Origin: an uncultured delta proteobacterium
GTDB taxonomy: Bacteria; Myxococcota; Myxococcia; Myxococcales; Myxococcaceae
DNA: 64,000 bases
Direction: 5' to 3'
Assembly (NCBI GenBank): GCA_963771175.1
Contig: CAVYSY010000035.1
Coordinates: 1 to 64,000, forward strand
The stretch's first letter is position 1; each line of letters starts with the position of its first letter. Positions 43,279 to 53,449 of this stretch are shown one piece after another. Under the pieces are notes generated by a model. The model searched no databases, was not told the origin of the DNA, and worked only from the letters and a program-made list of their open reading frames with translations. A program made the position numbers and the translations under genes.

Positions 43279-44283
43279 TCAGGCCTGGGCTCGTACGTCG
43301 CGGTAACGGACCATCCGCTGCTGAGCGGAGTCCCAGAGGTTCAGACGCAGGCACCTCACCACCTCGCGCGGGTGCAGGGTCGTGACGTGGGGCCCCTGCA
43401 GCTCCGGAATCGCGGCCATGGCCTCGGGCAGGCGGTAGAAGGGGATGCGTGGGTTCAGGTGGTGGACGTGGTGGTAGCCGATGTTGCCGGTGAACCAGGC
43501 CATCACGGGGCCACAGGCCAGGAAGCTCGAGGCTTCGAGCGCCGCCTCGGCGTGGGTCCACTGCTCCTCCGGGAGGAGCGAGACATCCTGGAAGTTGTGC
43601 TGCGCGTAGAAGAGATAGGTGCCCAGCGCGTAGCCCACGAAGAGCGGCCCGAGGAAGGCGGAGAGATAGACGCCTGGGCCGAAGAGCCTCCAGATCGTGA
43701 TGGACAACGCGATGTGGACGAGCAGCGCGAGCCCCGAGGCCCAGTACCGCCGAGGGTTGCGAACGAACGGAACGAGGCAGAGGCTCACCAGGAAGGCCGT
43801 GAGATAGCCGAACAGCAGGGTCAGCGGGTGGCGCTCGACGACGTAGGCGAGGCGCTCCCGGCCGGAGGCCCCGCGCCACGTGTCGGTGGTCCACGTGATG
43901 AAGGTGCCTGCCGAGGGGGCGGCCAGGCGCGCGGTGTTGGCGTGGTGGTGGTTGTGGGTGTCGTTCCAGATGCGGGCGGGGGTGAGCATCAGCACGCCCT
44001 GGATGTGGAAGAGCACCTGCGCCAGGCGCGAGCTCCCCAGCAGGGCTCCGTGCATGAAGTCGTGGTAGAGGATGAAGGCGCGGACGAGGACGAGCGCCTC
44101 GACGAGCCCACCCACGACTCTCAGGGGCCACCACGGTGCGGCGGCCGCGACGGCGACGGCGGCGACCATCGCGACCAGTGTCGAGGCGATATGCCACCTG
44201 GCGCGTGCGGCATCCTGTATGGCGAAGGGCCGCGTTCGGGAGATGAGGTCTCTGCTCGCGAGTTGCTGCGCCGTTCGTGCCAT
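43279..44283 (-). CDS. Membrane fatty-acid desaturase
   Basis: His boxes HDFMH, HNHHH and HHVHH; TM segments. Confidence 0.93.
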   Translation of the reverse strand: MARTAQQLASRDLISRTRPFAIQDAARARWHIASTLVAMVAAVAVAAAAPWWPLRVVGGLVEALVLVRAFILYHDFMHGALLGSSRLAQVLFHIQGVLMLTPARIWNDTHNHHHANTARLAAPSAGTFITWTTDTWRGASGRERLAYVVERHPLTLLFGYLTAFLVSLCLVPFVRNPRRYWASGLALLVHIALSITIWRLFGPGVYLSAFLGPLFVGYALGTYLFYAQHNFQDVSLLPEEQWTHAEAALEASSFLACGPVMAWFTGNIGYHHVHHLNPRIPFYRLPEAMAAIPELQGPHVTTLHPREVVRCLRLNLWDSAQQRMVRYRDVRAQA

Positions 44284-44367
44284 GGATGAGGATCTCCGAG
44301 GAGGCACCGCGGCGGTCGGCCACGGTGGACTGCTCAGAGGGTGTCGCACGCCCATGTCATGGCGTGG

Positions 44368-44964
44368 TCATGCGCTGGAATAACGCGGCACGACAACCGA
44401 GCAGGCGGGCGGCCGCCACTCCCGCCGCAGCAGCCCGTACAGCACCGCGTCCTGCACCTCTCCGTCGAGGAAGTAGCGCTCGCGCTGGTATCCCTCGCGT
44501 TGGAAGCCCAGGCCCTCGAGCACCTTGATGGAGCCCACGTTGCGCGGGTCCACGTCGGCCTCCAGTCGGTGCAACTCGAGCGCGGTGAAGCCGAACTCCA
44601 CCACCCGGCTCACGGCCTCTCGCGCGTAGCCCTGGCCCCAGTGCGCCCGGTTCAGCGCGTAGCCGAGGCTCGCGCGCCGGTGCGGCCCGCTCAGCTCCGC
44701 CAGGGTGCAGGTGCCCACCACCCGGTCATCCTCGCGCCTCGCGAGGCCCCACTGGAAGAGCGAGCGCTCGGCGAAGCACTTGTGGATGTCCCGCAGCAGC
44801 TTCTCCGCCTGGGCCAGCTCGGTGTACGCGGACCAGCTCCAATAGCGCGTCACCTCGGGGCTGGAGAAGAGCTCGAAGAGCGCGGGCACATCCGCCTCCG
44901 TCATCCAGCGCAGGCGCAGGTGGGGCGTCTCCAGGGTGGGCAGGGTCATGGCATCGGCGAGCAT
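44368..44964 (-). CDS. GNAT N-acetyltransferase, RimJ/RimL family
   Basis: LETPHLRLR, LGYAL...WGQGYA, N.GSIKVLE.LGF..EG; start codon uncertain. Confidence 0.9.
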   Translation of the reverse strand: MLADAMTLPTLETPHLRLRWMTEADVPALFELFSSPEVTRYWSWSAYTELAQAEKLLRDIHKCFAERSLFQWGLARREDDRVVGTCTLAELSGPHRRASLGYALNRAHWGQGYAREAVSRVVEFGFTALELHRLEADVDPRNVGSIKVLEGLGFQREGYQRERYFLDGEVQDAVLYGLLRREWRPPACSVVVPRYSSA

Positions 44965-45025
44965 GAGGCTCGCCAGCTTAATCCACCGTGAAGGTGACCC
45001 CTTGTCCGGGAGTGCTGATGCCCGC

Positions 45026-47275
45026 TCACTCGAGTCGCAGGAAGTCCACCCAGCCCGCATCACTGCCGGCCGTGCCACTGCTGCTCTTGCGGTAGATGAG
45101 CTGCACGGTGTGGCTCCCCGCGGCCAGCCACCAGGACTGGGCGGCCCACGTCGTCTCGCCGGAGATGCTGTTCTTCTTCACGCCGTCGATCCACAGCTCC
45201 AGGTAGTCGGCGTACTGCTCCGAGCTCACCCGCCACATGAACCGGAGCGTCTTGGAGCCCTCCGCGGTGAACTCGAGCGTGCTCGTCTGGCCGTGGCCCA
45301 CCTGTCCGCTCCGGGCCGAGTCGTTGCCCGTGTAGTAGTACTTGTCGTCGCCGTACCAGTACGCGCTGCCGCCGACGCGGAAGGACAGAGTGCTGTTGTC
45401 CAGGCCGTTGTTGAGGGTGATGCCACTGGCCGGGTTGTCCACCATCACGGTGACGCGCGACTCGGCGGAGTTACCCGCGGAGTCCCAGGTGCGAGCCACC
45501 AGCGTCTGGTAGCCGTTCTTCACCCACGGATCCGTGGCCCAGGAGATGGACCAGGGCGAGCTCGTCCGGGTGGCGATGAGGTAGTTGCCCGAGTCGCTGT
45601 AGAACTCCACCTTGGAGATGCCGCTCGTGTCGCTCGGGTTGGCGGAGAGGGTGACGTTGCCCTGGACGATGGAGCCGTCCGCCGGCGCGGAGAGGGAGAT
45701 GGAGGGGGGCGTGGTGTCCGCGTTCTGCACGGCCACGGTGATGACCTTGCTGGCCACCAACGAGCCCGCCCGATACGCCTCGGCCTTCAGCTCGTAGCGG
45801 CCGTCCGCGACCCAGGGGCTGGTGGCCCAGGTGAGGTCGAAAGGCGCGCTGGAGTCCGTGGTGATGAGGTACCAGCTCGCCGTCGAGCCGGCCGCGCGGC
45901 TGTGGAGCTTGACCGTGTCGACGTCGTTGAGCGGATGCCCGCCCGCGGAGAGCTGGACCGGCACGTTGCCCGCCACCTGGGCCTCGTTTCGAGGGGCGGT
46001 GAAGTCCACCCAGTACGTCTGCGCGGTGGCGTTCTTCACCGTCACCGAGGTGAGGCTGGTGGCCACCACGCTGGTGCCCTGGTACGCCTCGACCTTCAAG
46101 TCATAGTCGCCGTCGTTCACCCAGGGGCTGGTGGCCCAGGTGATGCCGTAGGGCGACGTGGTGTCCGTGTTGAGGAGGTACCACGCGTCCGAAGTGCCGG
46201 CGGTGCGGCTGTAGAAGCGCACTCCCTCCACGGTGGCGCCGCTCACACTGGCCTGCAGCGAGACGTTGCCCGAGACGGTGGCGCCGCTGGTGGGCGAGGA
46301 GAAGGACACCGAGGCCGCCGCGTTCTTCACCAGGACGCGGAGGGTTCCGGTGGCCTTGAGCACCGTGCCCTTCCACGCCTCCGCCTTGAGCTCGTACGCG
46401 CCATCGGCCACCCAGGGGTTGGTGGCCCAGGTGGCGCCGTAGGGGGACGTGGTGTCCGAGGCAAGCAGGTACCAGTCGGTCGCGCCGTCCGCTCGGCTGT
46501 AGAGCTTCACCGTGTCCACGGCGCCGCCGCCCACCGAGGCGTTGAAGGCCACGTTCCCGGACACGGTGGCACCGGGGGAGGGCGTATCGATGGAGACCCA
46601 GATGTCCTCCACCGCGCCCGTCACTGGCGAGTACTTGTAGAGGTTGTTGGTCGCCGAGTACGTGCTGCTCGGCGACAGGTAGTTGTTGAGGTAGGAGACC
46701 GTCTTGGTGACGTAGGACGCGTAGGGGTTGTAGCCGGCGGACTGGATGCCCTGGACCCAGCGGTTGACGGCCGTGGTGACGGCCACCCCATTGCGGACGT
46801 CCGAGACGTAGCGCTCGGTGACGGGCTTGTAGCGCGAGAGCGTGGCCAGCTTCATCGCGATGAACTGCACCGCGTCTCGCCGGTTGCTGAAGCTGACGTA
46901 CTTGTTGTTGGGATCCCACGAGGGCTGGCACGTCAGCACGTAGGCGGGCCGCCCGCCGGCCGCCTCGGAACTGGTCCACTTCCACCCGTAGAGGTTGTTG
47001 GCGTAGAGCCCGATGCGGGTGAAGCCATAGCCGGACTCGTTGGCGGCCATGGCCAGCAGCGCGGCCGCGGGCGTGCCCCAACGTGCCTCGGCCTCCTGGG
47101 CGGAGGCCTTGAGCTCCTCGATGAACGCCGTCTTCTCCGCCGACGTGGGATGGCCGGGCTGGGGCGCGTAGCAGTCCCACTGCGCTCGGGCCGTGCCGCT
47201 GCCCACGAGAACCACCAGCAGAACCAGTCCAACCACCCATTGAGAGACGTGACTGGCCATTCGTTGCAGTGACAT
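45026..47275 (-). CDS. Secreted GH73 glucosaminidase-domain protein with four tandem bacterial Ig-like repeats and a C-terminal beta-sandwich
   Basis: Signal peptide; AFIEEL...AMAANESGYG...NNLYGWK; four repeats ending WAT(N/S/D)PWV. Confidence 0.85.
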   Translation of the reverse strand: MSLQRMASHVSQWVVGLVLLVVLVGSGTARAQWDCYAPQPGHPTSAEKTAFIEELKASAQEAEARWGTPAAALLAMAANESGYGFTRIGLYANNLYGWKWTSSEAAGGRPAYVLTCQPSWDPNNKYVSFSNRRDAVQFIAMKLATLSRYKPVTERYVSDVRNGVAVTTAVNRWVQGIQSAGYNPYASYVTKTVSYLNNYLSPSSTYSATNNLYKYSPVTGAVEDIWVSIDTPSPGATVSGNVAFNASVGGGAVDTVKLYSRADGATDWYLLASDTTSPYGATWATNPWVADGAYELKAEAWKGTVLKATGTLRVLVKNAAASVSFSSPTSGATVSGNVSLQASVSGATVEGVRFYSRTAGTSDAWYLLNTDTTSPYGITWATSPWVNDGDYDLKVEAYQGTSVVATSLTSVTVKNATAQTYWVDFTAPRNEAQVAGNVPVQLSAGGHPLNDVDTVKLHSRAAGSTASWYLITTDSSAPFDLTWATSPWVADGRYELKAEAYRAGSLVASKVITVAVQNADTTPPSISLSAPADGSIVQGNVTLSANPSDTSGISKVEFYSDSGNYLIATRTSSPWSISWATDPWVKNGYQTLVARTWDSAGNSAESRVTVMVDNPASGITLNNGLDNSTLSFRVGGSAYWYGDDKYYYTGNDSARSGQVGHGQTSTLEFTAEGSKTLRFMWRVSSEQYADYLELWIDGVKKNSISGETTWAAQSWWLAAGSHTVQLIYRKSSSGTAGSDAGWVDFLRLE

Positions 47276-47315
47276 ATCGACCTCCGCGAGAGTCGTCAGA
47301 CGCGGATTCTCAATA

Positions 47316-49358
47316 TCACGTAAAACGCGAGAAAGCCGAATCTGCGGAGCGGGCGAGCCGGCTCCGCGCCTCCTCGAGCGTCCCCGCGTCGAGCAGCACC
47401 GCCGCCTTCTCCTGCGCGGAGAGCGGCTCCGGTGGGCCCGCCAGCAGCTTGCGGCGCGCCGAGGCGAGCACGAGGGGCGCCACGGCGGTGCCCGGCTGGG
47501 ACTCCAACAGCGCCAGGTGCAGCGCGTGCGCCCGCGCGTCCGTCAGCACCCGCTCCAGTCCGTCCTCCACCGGCTCCAGCTCCCGCTCCGCCAGCTCGAG
47601 TGCCCGGGCCAGCACGGGCGGGGGCGCCGACTCCTCGGGGATGAGGAACAGTCCATGCCGTGCCGCCCACGTCCCCACTGACGCTCGCGCGGTCCACACC
47701 GACAGCGGGATGGACAGCAGCAGCCCCGCCACCACCGGCGTCAGCCACAGCAGCAATCCCGGAGACAGGAAGAGCGCCACGGCCGCCAGCACCGCTCCCA
47801 CCAGCGTGTGCACCGCATGGCGCCGCGCCGCCTCTGTCCACGGCAGGTCCTCGTCATCGCGCTGTTGGCTCGTCCAGGACACCCGGTAGCCGAGCAGCGT
47901 CCCGAAGACGAAGTGCGACTGGAAGAGCATCATCACCGGCGCCTGCAGCATGGAGAGCACGCTCTCCGCCAGCACGCTCAGCACCAGCCGCGTCCGGCCT
48001 CCCATGTGCGCCGAGTCCTCCCTCCGCGTCAGCGCCAGCGCGAGCCCGAGGGCCTTGGGCAGCAGCAGCATGGACAGGGACACCGTCATCAGCCGCAGCG
48101 CGCCCTCCGTGTCGAAGGTGGGCCATGGCGAGGTGGGGTGCTCCATGAAGGACTCCGGCCCCATGAAGCGGTCGTGCAGCGCCGCCACCAGTCCCATGAC
48201 CAGGAAGAGCAGCCAGAGCGGCGAGGCCACGTAGGACATCACTCCCATGAGGAAGTGCGCCCGGCTCGACGGATGCAGCCCGCCGGCCAGCACCAGCCGC
48301 AGGTGCTGGAGGTTGCCCTGGCACCAGCGCCGGTCCCGCTGCGCGTAGGCCAGCAGGTGGGGCGGGGGCTGCTCGTAGCTGCCGCCCAATTCCGGCACCA
48401 GCCACACCGTGTACCCCGAGCGCCGCATCAGCGCCGCCTCCACGAAGTCGTGGCTGAGGATGTGGCCGCCGAAGGGTTGCTGCCCCGGCAGCACCGGCAG
48501 TCCGCAGTGCTCGGTGAAGGCCTCCACGCGCAGGATGGCGTTGTGTCCCCAGTAGTTGGACTCGCCGAGCTGCCAGGCCGCCGCGCCCGTGGCCACCACC
48601 GGCCCGTACACCCGGCCGGCGAACTGCTGCAGGCGCGCGAAGAGCGTGGCGCGTCCCACGCACTGTGGCGGGGACTGGAGGATGCCCACTCGCGGGTTCA
48701 GCTCCATCAGCCGCGCCATCCGCACCAGCGTGTCGCCCGACATGAGGCTGTCGGCATCCAGCACCACCATGAAGTGGTAGCCGCGCCCCCAGCGCTCACA
48801 GAAGTCGGCCAGGTTGCCCGCCTTCTTGCCCGTGTTGTCCGAGCGACGCCGGTAGAAGATGCGCCCCTGTCCGCCCACGCGCCGGCACAGGTCCTCCCAC
48901 GCCAGCTCCTCGGCCACCCACGCCTCCACCCGCGTGGAGTCGCTCAGCACGTAGAAGTCGAAGGCGTCCAGACGCCCCGTGGCCGCCAACGACTCGTAGG
49001 TGGCCTGCACGTTCGCGAAGACCGAGGCCGGGTCCTCGTTGTGGATGGGCATCACCACGGCGATGCGGCTCGTCAGCGGGGCCGCCGCCTCCGCCGCGTC
49101 CGGCCACCGCAGGCCCGGTAGCCGCCCGCCGAGCGCGAGCTGGAGGAAGCCCGCCACCGCCGTCCAGAAGGACAGGGCAATCCAGGCGAAGCACAGGGCG
49201 AAGAGGCCCATCAGCACCAGCTCGGGCGCGGTGGTGCCCTGGACACTCAACAGCCGGTGCATCTCCCACGTGCCGAGCACGGTGCAGAGGGCGGCCGGAC
49301 CGAGGACACACCACCGCCGACGCCCGGCGGTCTCGGGCGAGAAGGAATGCGCGTGCAT
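47316..49358 (-). CDS. opgH: Periplasmic glucan biosynthesis glucosyltransferase H
   Basis: MPIHNED, KKAGN, LDADS, YWGHNAI, ILSHDFVEA, RDRRWCQGNLQH. Confidence 0.96.
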   Translation of the reverse strand: MHAHSFSPETAGRRRWCVLGPAALCTVLGTWEMHRLLSVQGTTAPELVLMGLFALCFAWIALSFWTAVAGFLQLALGGRLPGLRWPDAAEAAAPLTSRIAVVMPIHNEDPASVFANVQATYESLAATGRLDAFDFYVLSDSTRVEAWVAEELAWEDLCRRVGGQGRIFYRRRSDNTGKKAGNLADFCERWGRGYHFMVVLDADSLMSGDTLVRMARLMELNPRVGILQSPPQCVGRATLFARLQQFAGRVYGPVVATGAAAWQLGESNYWGHNAILRVEAFTEHCGLPVLPGQQPFGGHILSHDFVEAALMRRSGYTVWLVPELGGSYEQPPPHLLAYAQRDRRWCQGNLQHLRLVLAGGLHPSSRAHFLMGVMSYVASPLWLLFLVMGLVAALHDRFMGPESFMEHPTSPWPTFDTEGALRLMTVSLSMLLLPKALGLALALTRREDSAHMGGRTRLVLSVLAESVLSMLQAPVMMLFQSHFVFGTLLGYRVSWTSQQRDDEDLPWTEAARRHAVHTLVGAVLAAVALFLSPGLLLWLTPVVAGLLLSIPLSVWTARASVGTWAARHGLFLIPEESAPPPVLARALELAERELEPVEDGLERVLTDARAHALHLALLESQPGTAVAPLVLASARRKLLAGPPEPLSAQEKAAVLLDAGTLEEARSRLARSADSAFSRFT

Positions 49359-49372
49359 GGGGGCTCCGTGCC

Positions 49373-49861
49373 TCAGCTCGAGATGGACACGTCTGGCTGG
49401 CCCGACCTCCACCAGCGACGGAAGAGCTCGCCCAGCGGCGACAGCACCAGTTGCTGCTCGGGCATCGTCGTGGGATTCGCCATCGGCACGGGGACGGGCA
49501 CCGAGGCGCGCAGGGCCCGCGTGAAGTCCGCCGACAGTGCGCCCGGCCCGGCCGTGAGGACCACCGCGCCCCACCGCGCCCCCTCGCACAACACGAAGGC
49601 CGCGCGACCCCGGGCCAGCAGCGAGCCACCACCCGTGTGCGCCGGGCCGAGCGCCTCGGCCAGCCAGTCCTCCATCCGCGCTCGGGCGAGGGCCACGGCT
49701 TCCCGCGACTCGGCGCAGCGCCCGCCGAGCACCCACTCCGCCAACCGGGAGAGCTCTCCGTCCGTGGTGAAGCCGAAGGACCGGAAGAAGGTGTCGAGCG
49801 CCGCGCGAGTCTCCTCGGTAACCGTGGGGACGGGCGGGAGGGCAGGGGAGGAGAGCGGCAT
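49373..49861 (-). CDS. Hypothetical protein between opgG and opgH
   Basis: Fills the gap with short spacers on both sides; GC3-rich codons. Confidence 0.7.
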   Translation of the reverse strand: MPLSSPALPPVPTVTEETRAALDTFFRSFGFTTDGELSRLAEWVLGGRCAESREAVALARARMEDWLAEALGPAHTGGGSLLARGRAAFVLCEGARWGAVVLTAGPGALSADFTRALRASVPVPVPMANPTTMPEQQLVLSPLGELFRRWWRSGQPDVSISS

Positions 49862-49863
49862 CT

Positions 49864-51369
49864 TCACGGCATCCACAGGTAACTCCATGTCTCGGTGAGG
49901 GATTCGGAACCGCGGCGGAGGAAGCAGCGCAGCTCGGCGGGGGTGCCCGCGTGCGGCACCAGCTCGAAGGTGACCCGCCAGCCGCCGGTGACGTCGTTGC
50001 GCTGCGCGATGGGGTGGAGCACCTGGCCCGTCGAAGTGGTGACGACCGCCTCCACCGGGCCCTCGCCCTCCGAGCCTCCGCGCGAGAACTCGAGGACGAA
50101 GCGCCGGGCCTCCGCCGTGCTGCCCGCGGCGACGCGCGTGGCGGTGGTGACGGCCACGGTGGGGCGCTCGGGTGGCTCGTGGCCCCAGTGCAGTCTCCAG
50201 GCGAGGCGCAGCTCGGTGCCGGGACGGAAGGGCGTCGCGGGCTCCCAGAAGGCCACGATGTTGTCGTGCACCTCCTGCGGGGTGGGAATCTCCACCAACC
50301 GCACCGTGCCCCGGCCCCAGTCGCCCACCGGCTCCACCCAGACGCCGGGGCGCCGGTCGTAGCGTGCCTCCAGGTCCTCGTAGCTGGAGAAGGCCTGATC
50401 CCGCTGCAGCAGGCCGAAGGTGCGCAGGCCCTCCACCTGGAAGCTGGAGACGCTCAGACGGGTGGGGTTCCGCAGCGGGCGCCACAGTTGCTCGCCGCTC
50501 TTCATCCACAGGAAGAGGCCGTCCGAGTCATGCACCTCGGGCCGGAAGTCGTCGTAGGTGCCCCGGTCGTTCTCCCCGAAGAGGTACATGCTGGTGAGCG
50601 GCGCCACCCCCAGCCGCTTCACCGCCTTGCGCGCGTACAGCGTCGCCTCCACCTCCACCACCGTGCGCTCCCCGGGGATGATGACGAAGCGGTACGCGCC
50701 CGCGACGCTCGGGCTGTCCAGCAGCGCATGCACCACGACGCGCTCCGCGCCGGGCGCCGGCCTCTCCAGCCAGAACTCCCGGAACGAGGGGAACTCCTCT
50801 CCCTCGGGGAGCGCCGTGTCGATGGCCAGCCCGCGCGCGGACAGCCCGTACACGTTGCGGCGGCCCAGGGCGCGGAAGTAGCTGGCCCCCAGGAAGGACA
50901 CCACCTCGTCGAAGTGGTCCGGCCGGTTGAGCGGGTGGGTGAGCCGGAAGCCCGCGAAACCATCCACCCGCGAGGGCGGCGGCGCCTTCACGAGGGAGCC
51001 GTACTCGAAGAGGTCCGGCGAGAAGCGCACCGTCTCCACCCGTCCGCCGGCCACCTCGTGCACGGTGATGGGCGAGGTGTAGAGGAAGCCCGGATGGAAG
51101 AACTGCACCTGGAAGGGCAGGCCGGCGTCGCGCCACCACGCCCGCTCCCGGCGGTAGCGGATGTCCCGGTACTGGTCGTACGAGAGCTGCGCGAAGGCGG
51201 GGGGCAGTGTCGCCGTCGGGGCCTGGTAGCGGCGGACCGCCAGCTCGCGAGCCCGCTCCCTTACGAGGTCGGCCGTGGTCTTCGGCGCGGCTCCCGCGAC
51301 CATCGCCCACAACACCCCGAGGGCGCACACCCAGTGCGCCCTCCGCACAGCCAGATTCCTCGACTCCAC
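49864..51369 (-). CDS. opgG: Periplasmic glucan biosynthesis protein G/D
   Basis: YDQYRDIR, FLGASYFRA, YGLSARGLAIDT, RPEVHDSDGL, DNIVAFW, TETWSY. Confidence 0.95.
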   Translation of the reverse strand: MESRNLAVRRAHWVCALGVLWAMVAGAAPKTTADLVRERARELAVRRYQAPTATLPPAFAQLSYDQYRDIRYRRERAWWRDAGLPFQVQFFHPGFLYTSPITVHEVAGGRVETVRFSPDLFEYGSLVKAPPPSRVDGFAGFRLTHPLNRPDHFDEVVSFLGASYFRALGRRNVYGLSARGLAIDTALPEGEEFPSFREFWLERPAPGAERVVVHALLDSPSVAGAYRFVIIPGERTVVEVEATLYARKAVKRLGVAPLTSMYLFGENDRGTYDDFRPEVHDSDGLFLWMKSGEQLWRPLRNPTRLSVSSFQVEGLRTFGLLQRDQAFSSYEDLEARYDRRPGVWVEPVGDWGRGTVRLVEIPTPQEVHDNIVAFWEPATPFRPGTELRLAWRLHWGHEPPERPTVAVTTATRVAAGSTAEARRFVLEFSRGGSEGEGPVEAVVTTSTGQVLHPIAQRNDVTGGWRVTFELVPHAGTPAELRCFLRRGSESLTETWSYLWMP

Positions 51370-51633
51370 GCGCGTGTCCCTCCCGGAGAGAGCTGCCCGG
51401 TACCTCGAACGCTCCCGGCTCTCCGGACCACGCCCGAACTCGCTCCGGCCCTAGCAGCCCGCGTGCCACTCGAGCCGGGTGCTCCGGGGAGGTGCGCGAA
51501 CGTGAAGGTGTGGAGCAGAGGGACAGTGGAGGCGGCGGCGTTGTCCCTCTTCTCCACAGGCGGCTCGCGGGGAGCCGGGGAGGGCGCCCGCGAAGCAAGG
51601 ACCCCGAGTGCAGGTGCAATGCGAATGCGAGTC

Positions 51634-53426
51634 TCAGCCCGCGTGCTTCGCCGGCTCGACGGAGGGTGGGGGCTCGCGGAACTGCCGCTGATACAGCTCC
51701 GCGTACAGGCCGTTGCGAGCCATCAACTCCTCGTGCGTGCCGCGCTCCGTGATGCGCCCGGCGTCGATGACGAGGATGAGGTCCGCGTTCCGGATGGTGC
51801 TGAGCCGGTGCGCGATGACCACGCTGGTCCGGCCCGCGAGCAGGGTGGTGAGCGCGCGTTGGATGAGGGCCTCGGTCCGCGTGTCGATGTTCGCCGTCGC
51901 CTCGTCGAGGATGAGCACGCGCGGCTCGGCGATGACCGCCCGGGCGAACGCGAGGAGTTGCCGCTGCCCCTGGCTCAGCGTGGCGCCGCTCTCGCCGAGC
52001 ACCGAGTCGTAGCCCTTCGGCAGCGCGGCGATGAAGTCATGCGCATGGACCGCGCGCGCGGCCTGCTCGAGCTCCTCTCGACTCGCGCCCGGCCGGCCGT
52101 AGCCGATGTTCTCCGCGATGGTGCCGGAGAACAGGAACGGCTCCTGGAGGACCGTCGCCATCTGCCGCCGCAGGCTCGCCCGCGTCACGCGCTTCACGTC
52201 CTCGCCATCGAGTCGCACCACCCCGGCCGTCGCGTCGTAGAAGCGGGGAATGAGGTTGGCCACGGTGGTCTTCCCCGCGCCCGTGCGGCCCACCAGCGCC
52301 ACCGTCTGGCCGGGCGCGATCTCGAAGCTCAGGTCATGGAGCACCGGGTGCGAGGCGTCATAGGCGAATGACACCTTCTCGAACGTGATGCGCCCCTCGG
52401 CCCTCCCAGGGAGCGCGCCTCCGGGGCGTCGGCGGGCTCGCGTGCCTCGTCGAGGATGGAATAGATGCGCTCCGCGCCAGCGAGCGCCGACTGCATCAGC
52501 GTGTACACCGAGGCCGCGAGCTGCACGGGCCGGAAGAACTGCTGCGTGTAGATGAGGAACGCCGCCAGCAGGCCCACGCTCAGTTGCTCCTGGAGCACCA
52601 GGTGGCCGCCGTAGCCGATGACGAGCGCCGTGGCGAGTGTGGCGAGCACGTCGATGGCCGGGGAGAACGCGGAGGTGATGCCCACCGCGGCCACGTTGGC
52701 GTCGCGGTTGGCGGCGTTGCGATCCCGGAAGCGCCGGATGTTCTCGTCGGTGCGGTTGAAGGCCTGGGCCTGCCGCACGCCGACGATCTCCTCCTGCAGC
52801 TCCGCCGTCACATTGCCCACCGTCTGCCGCGTCTTGCGGTAGGCGTTTCGAGCGCGGGCGGCGAAGAACCCGGTGGTGAGCAGCATCACCGGAATGATGG
52901 TGAAGCACGCCAGCGCGAGGCGGACGTTGAGCGCGAGCATCGCCACCAGCACGCCCACCAGCCCCAGCATCGACCCCAGGAGTTGCGTCATCCCATGAGC
53001 GAAGAACTGGTTGAGCGTGTCGACGTCGCTGAGCAGGCGGCTCATCAGATCGCCGATCGGCCGCTTGTCGAAGTACGAGAGTGGCAGGGCCTGGAGCTGC
53101 TCGAAGAGCCGGGTGCGGATCGACGCGAGCACCTTCTGGCCGGACGCGCCCACGCGCCGCGTCTGCTCCCGCCCGGCCACCGCGCCCGCGCCGTAGACGA
53201 CGAGCAGCAGCAGCATGGTGCGCAGCAGACCCGTCGGGTCTTCTCCTCCGATGTCGTGGTCGATGGCCCGGCTCACCAGATATGGCCCCGCGGCCTGCGC
53301 CAGCGCGCTGACGAGGATGAACACCCCGGCCATGAGCAGCGTGGCGCGGTGGGGCCACAGCTCGGCCAGCAGCCGGCGTGCCACCGCGCCACGACGGGCG
53401 GCGCGCTGCACCTCCAGCTCCGCCAT
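51634..53426 (-). CDS. ABC exporter TMD+NBD, consensus-site half (TM288-like); frameshift near 52405
   Basis: TMD in ORF 52329..53453; NBD GRTGAGKTT, LSQGQRQ, LDEAT, AHRLS in ORF 51634..53532. Confidence 0.9.
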
Positions 53427-53449
53427 CGCCTCGATTCCTCCGTGCCTCC

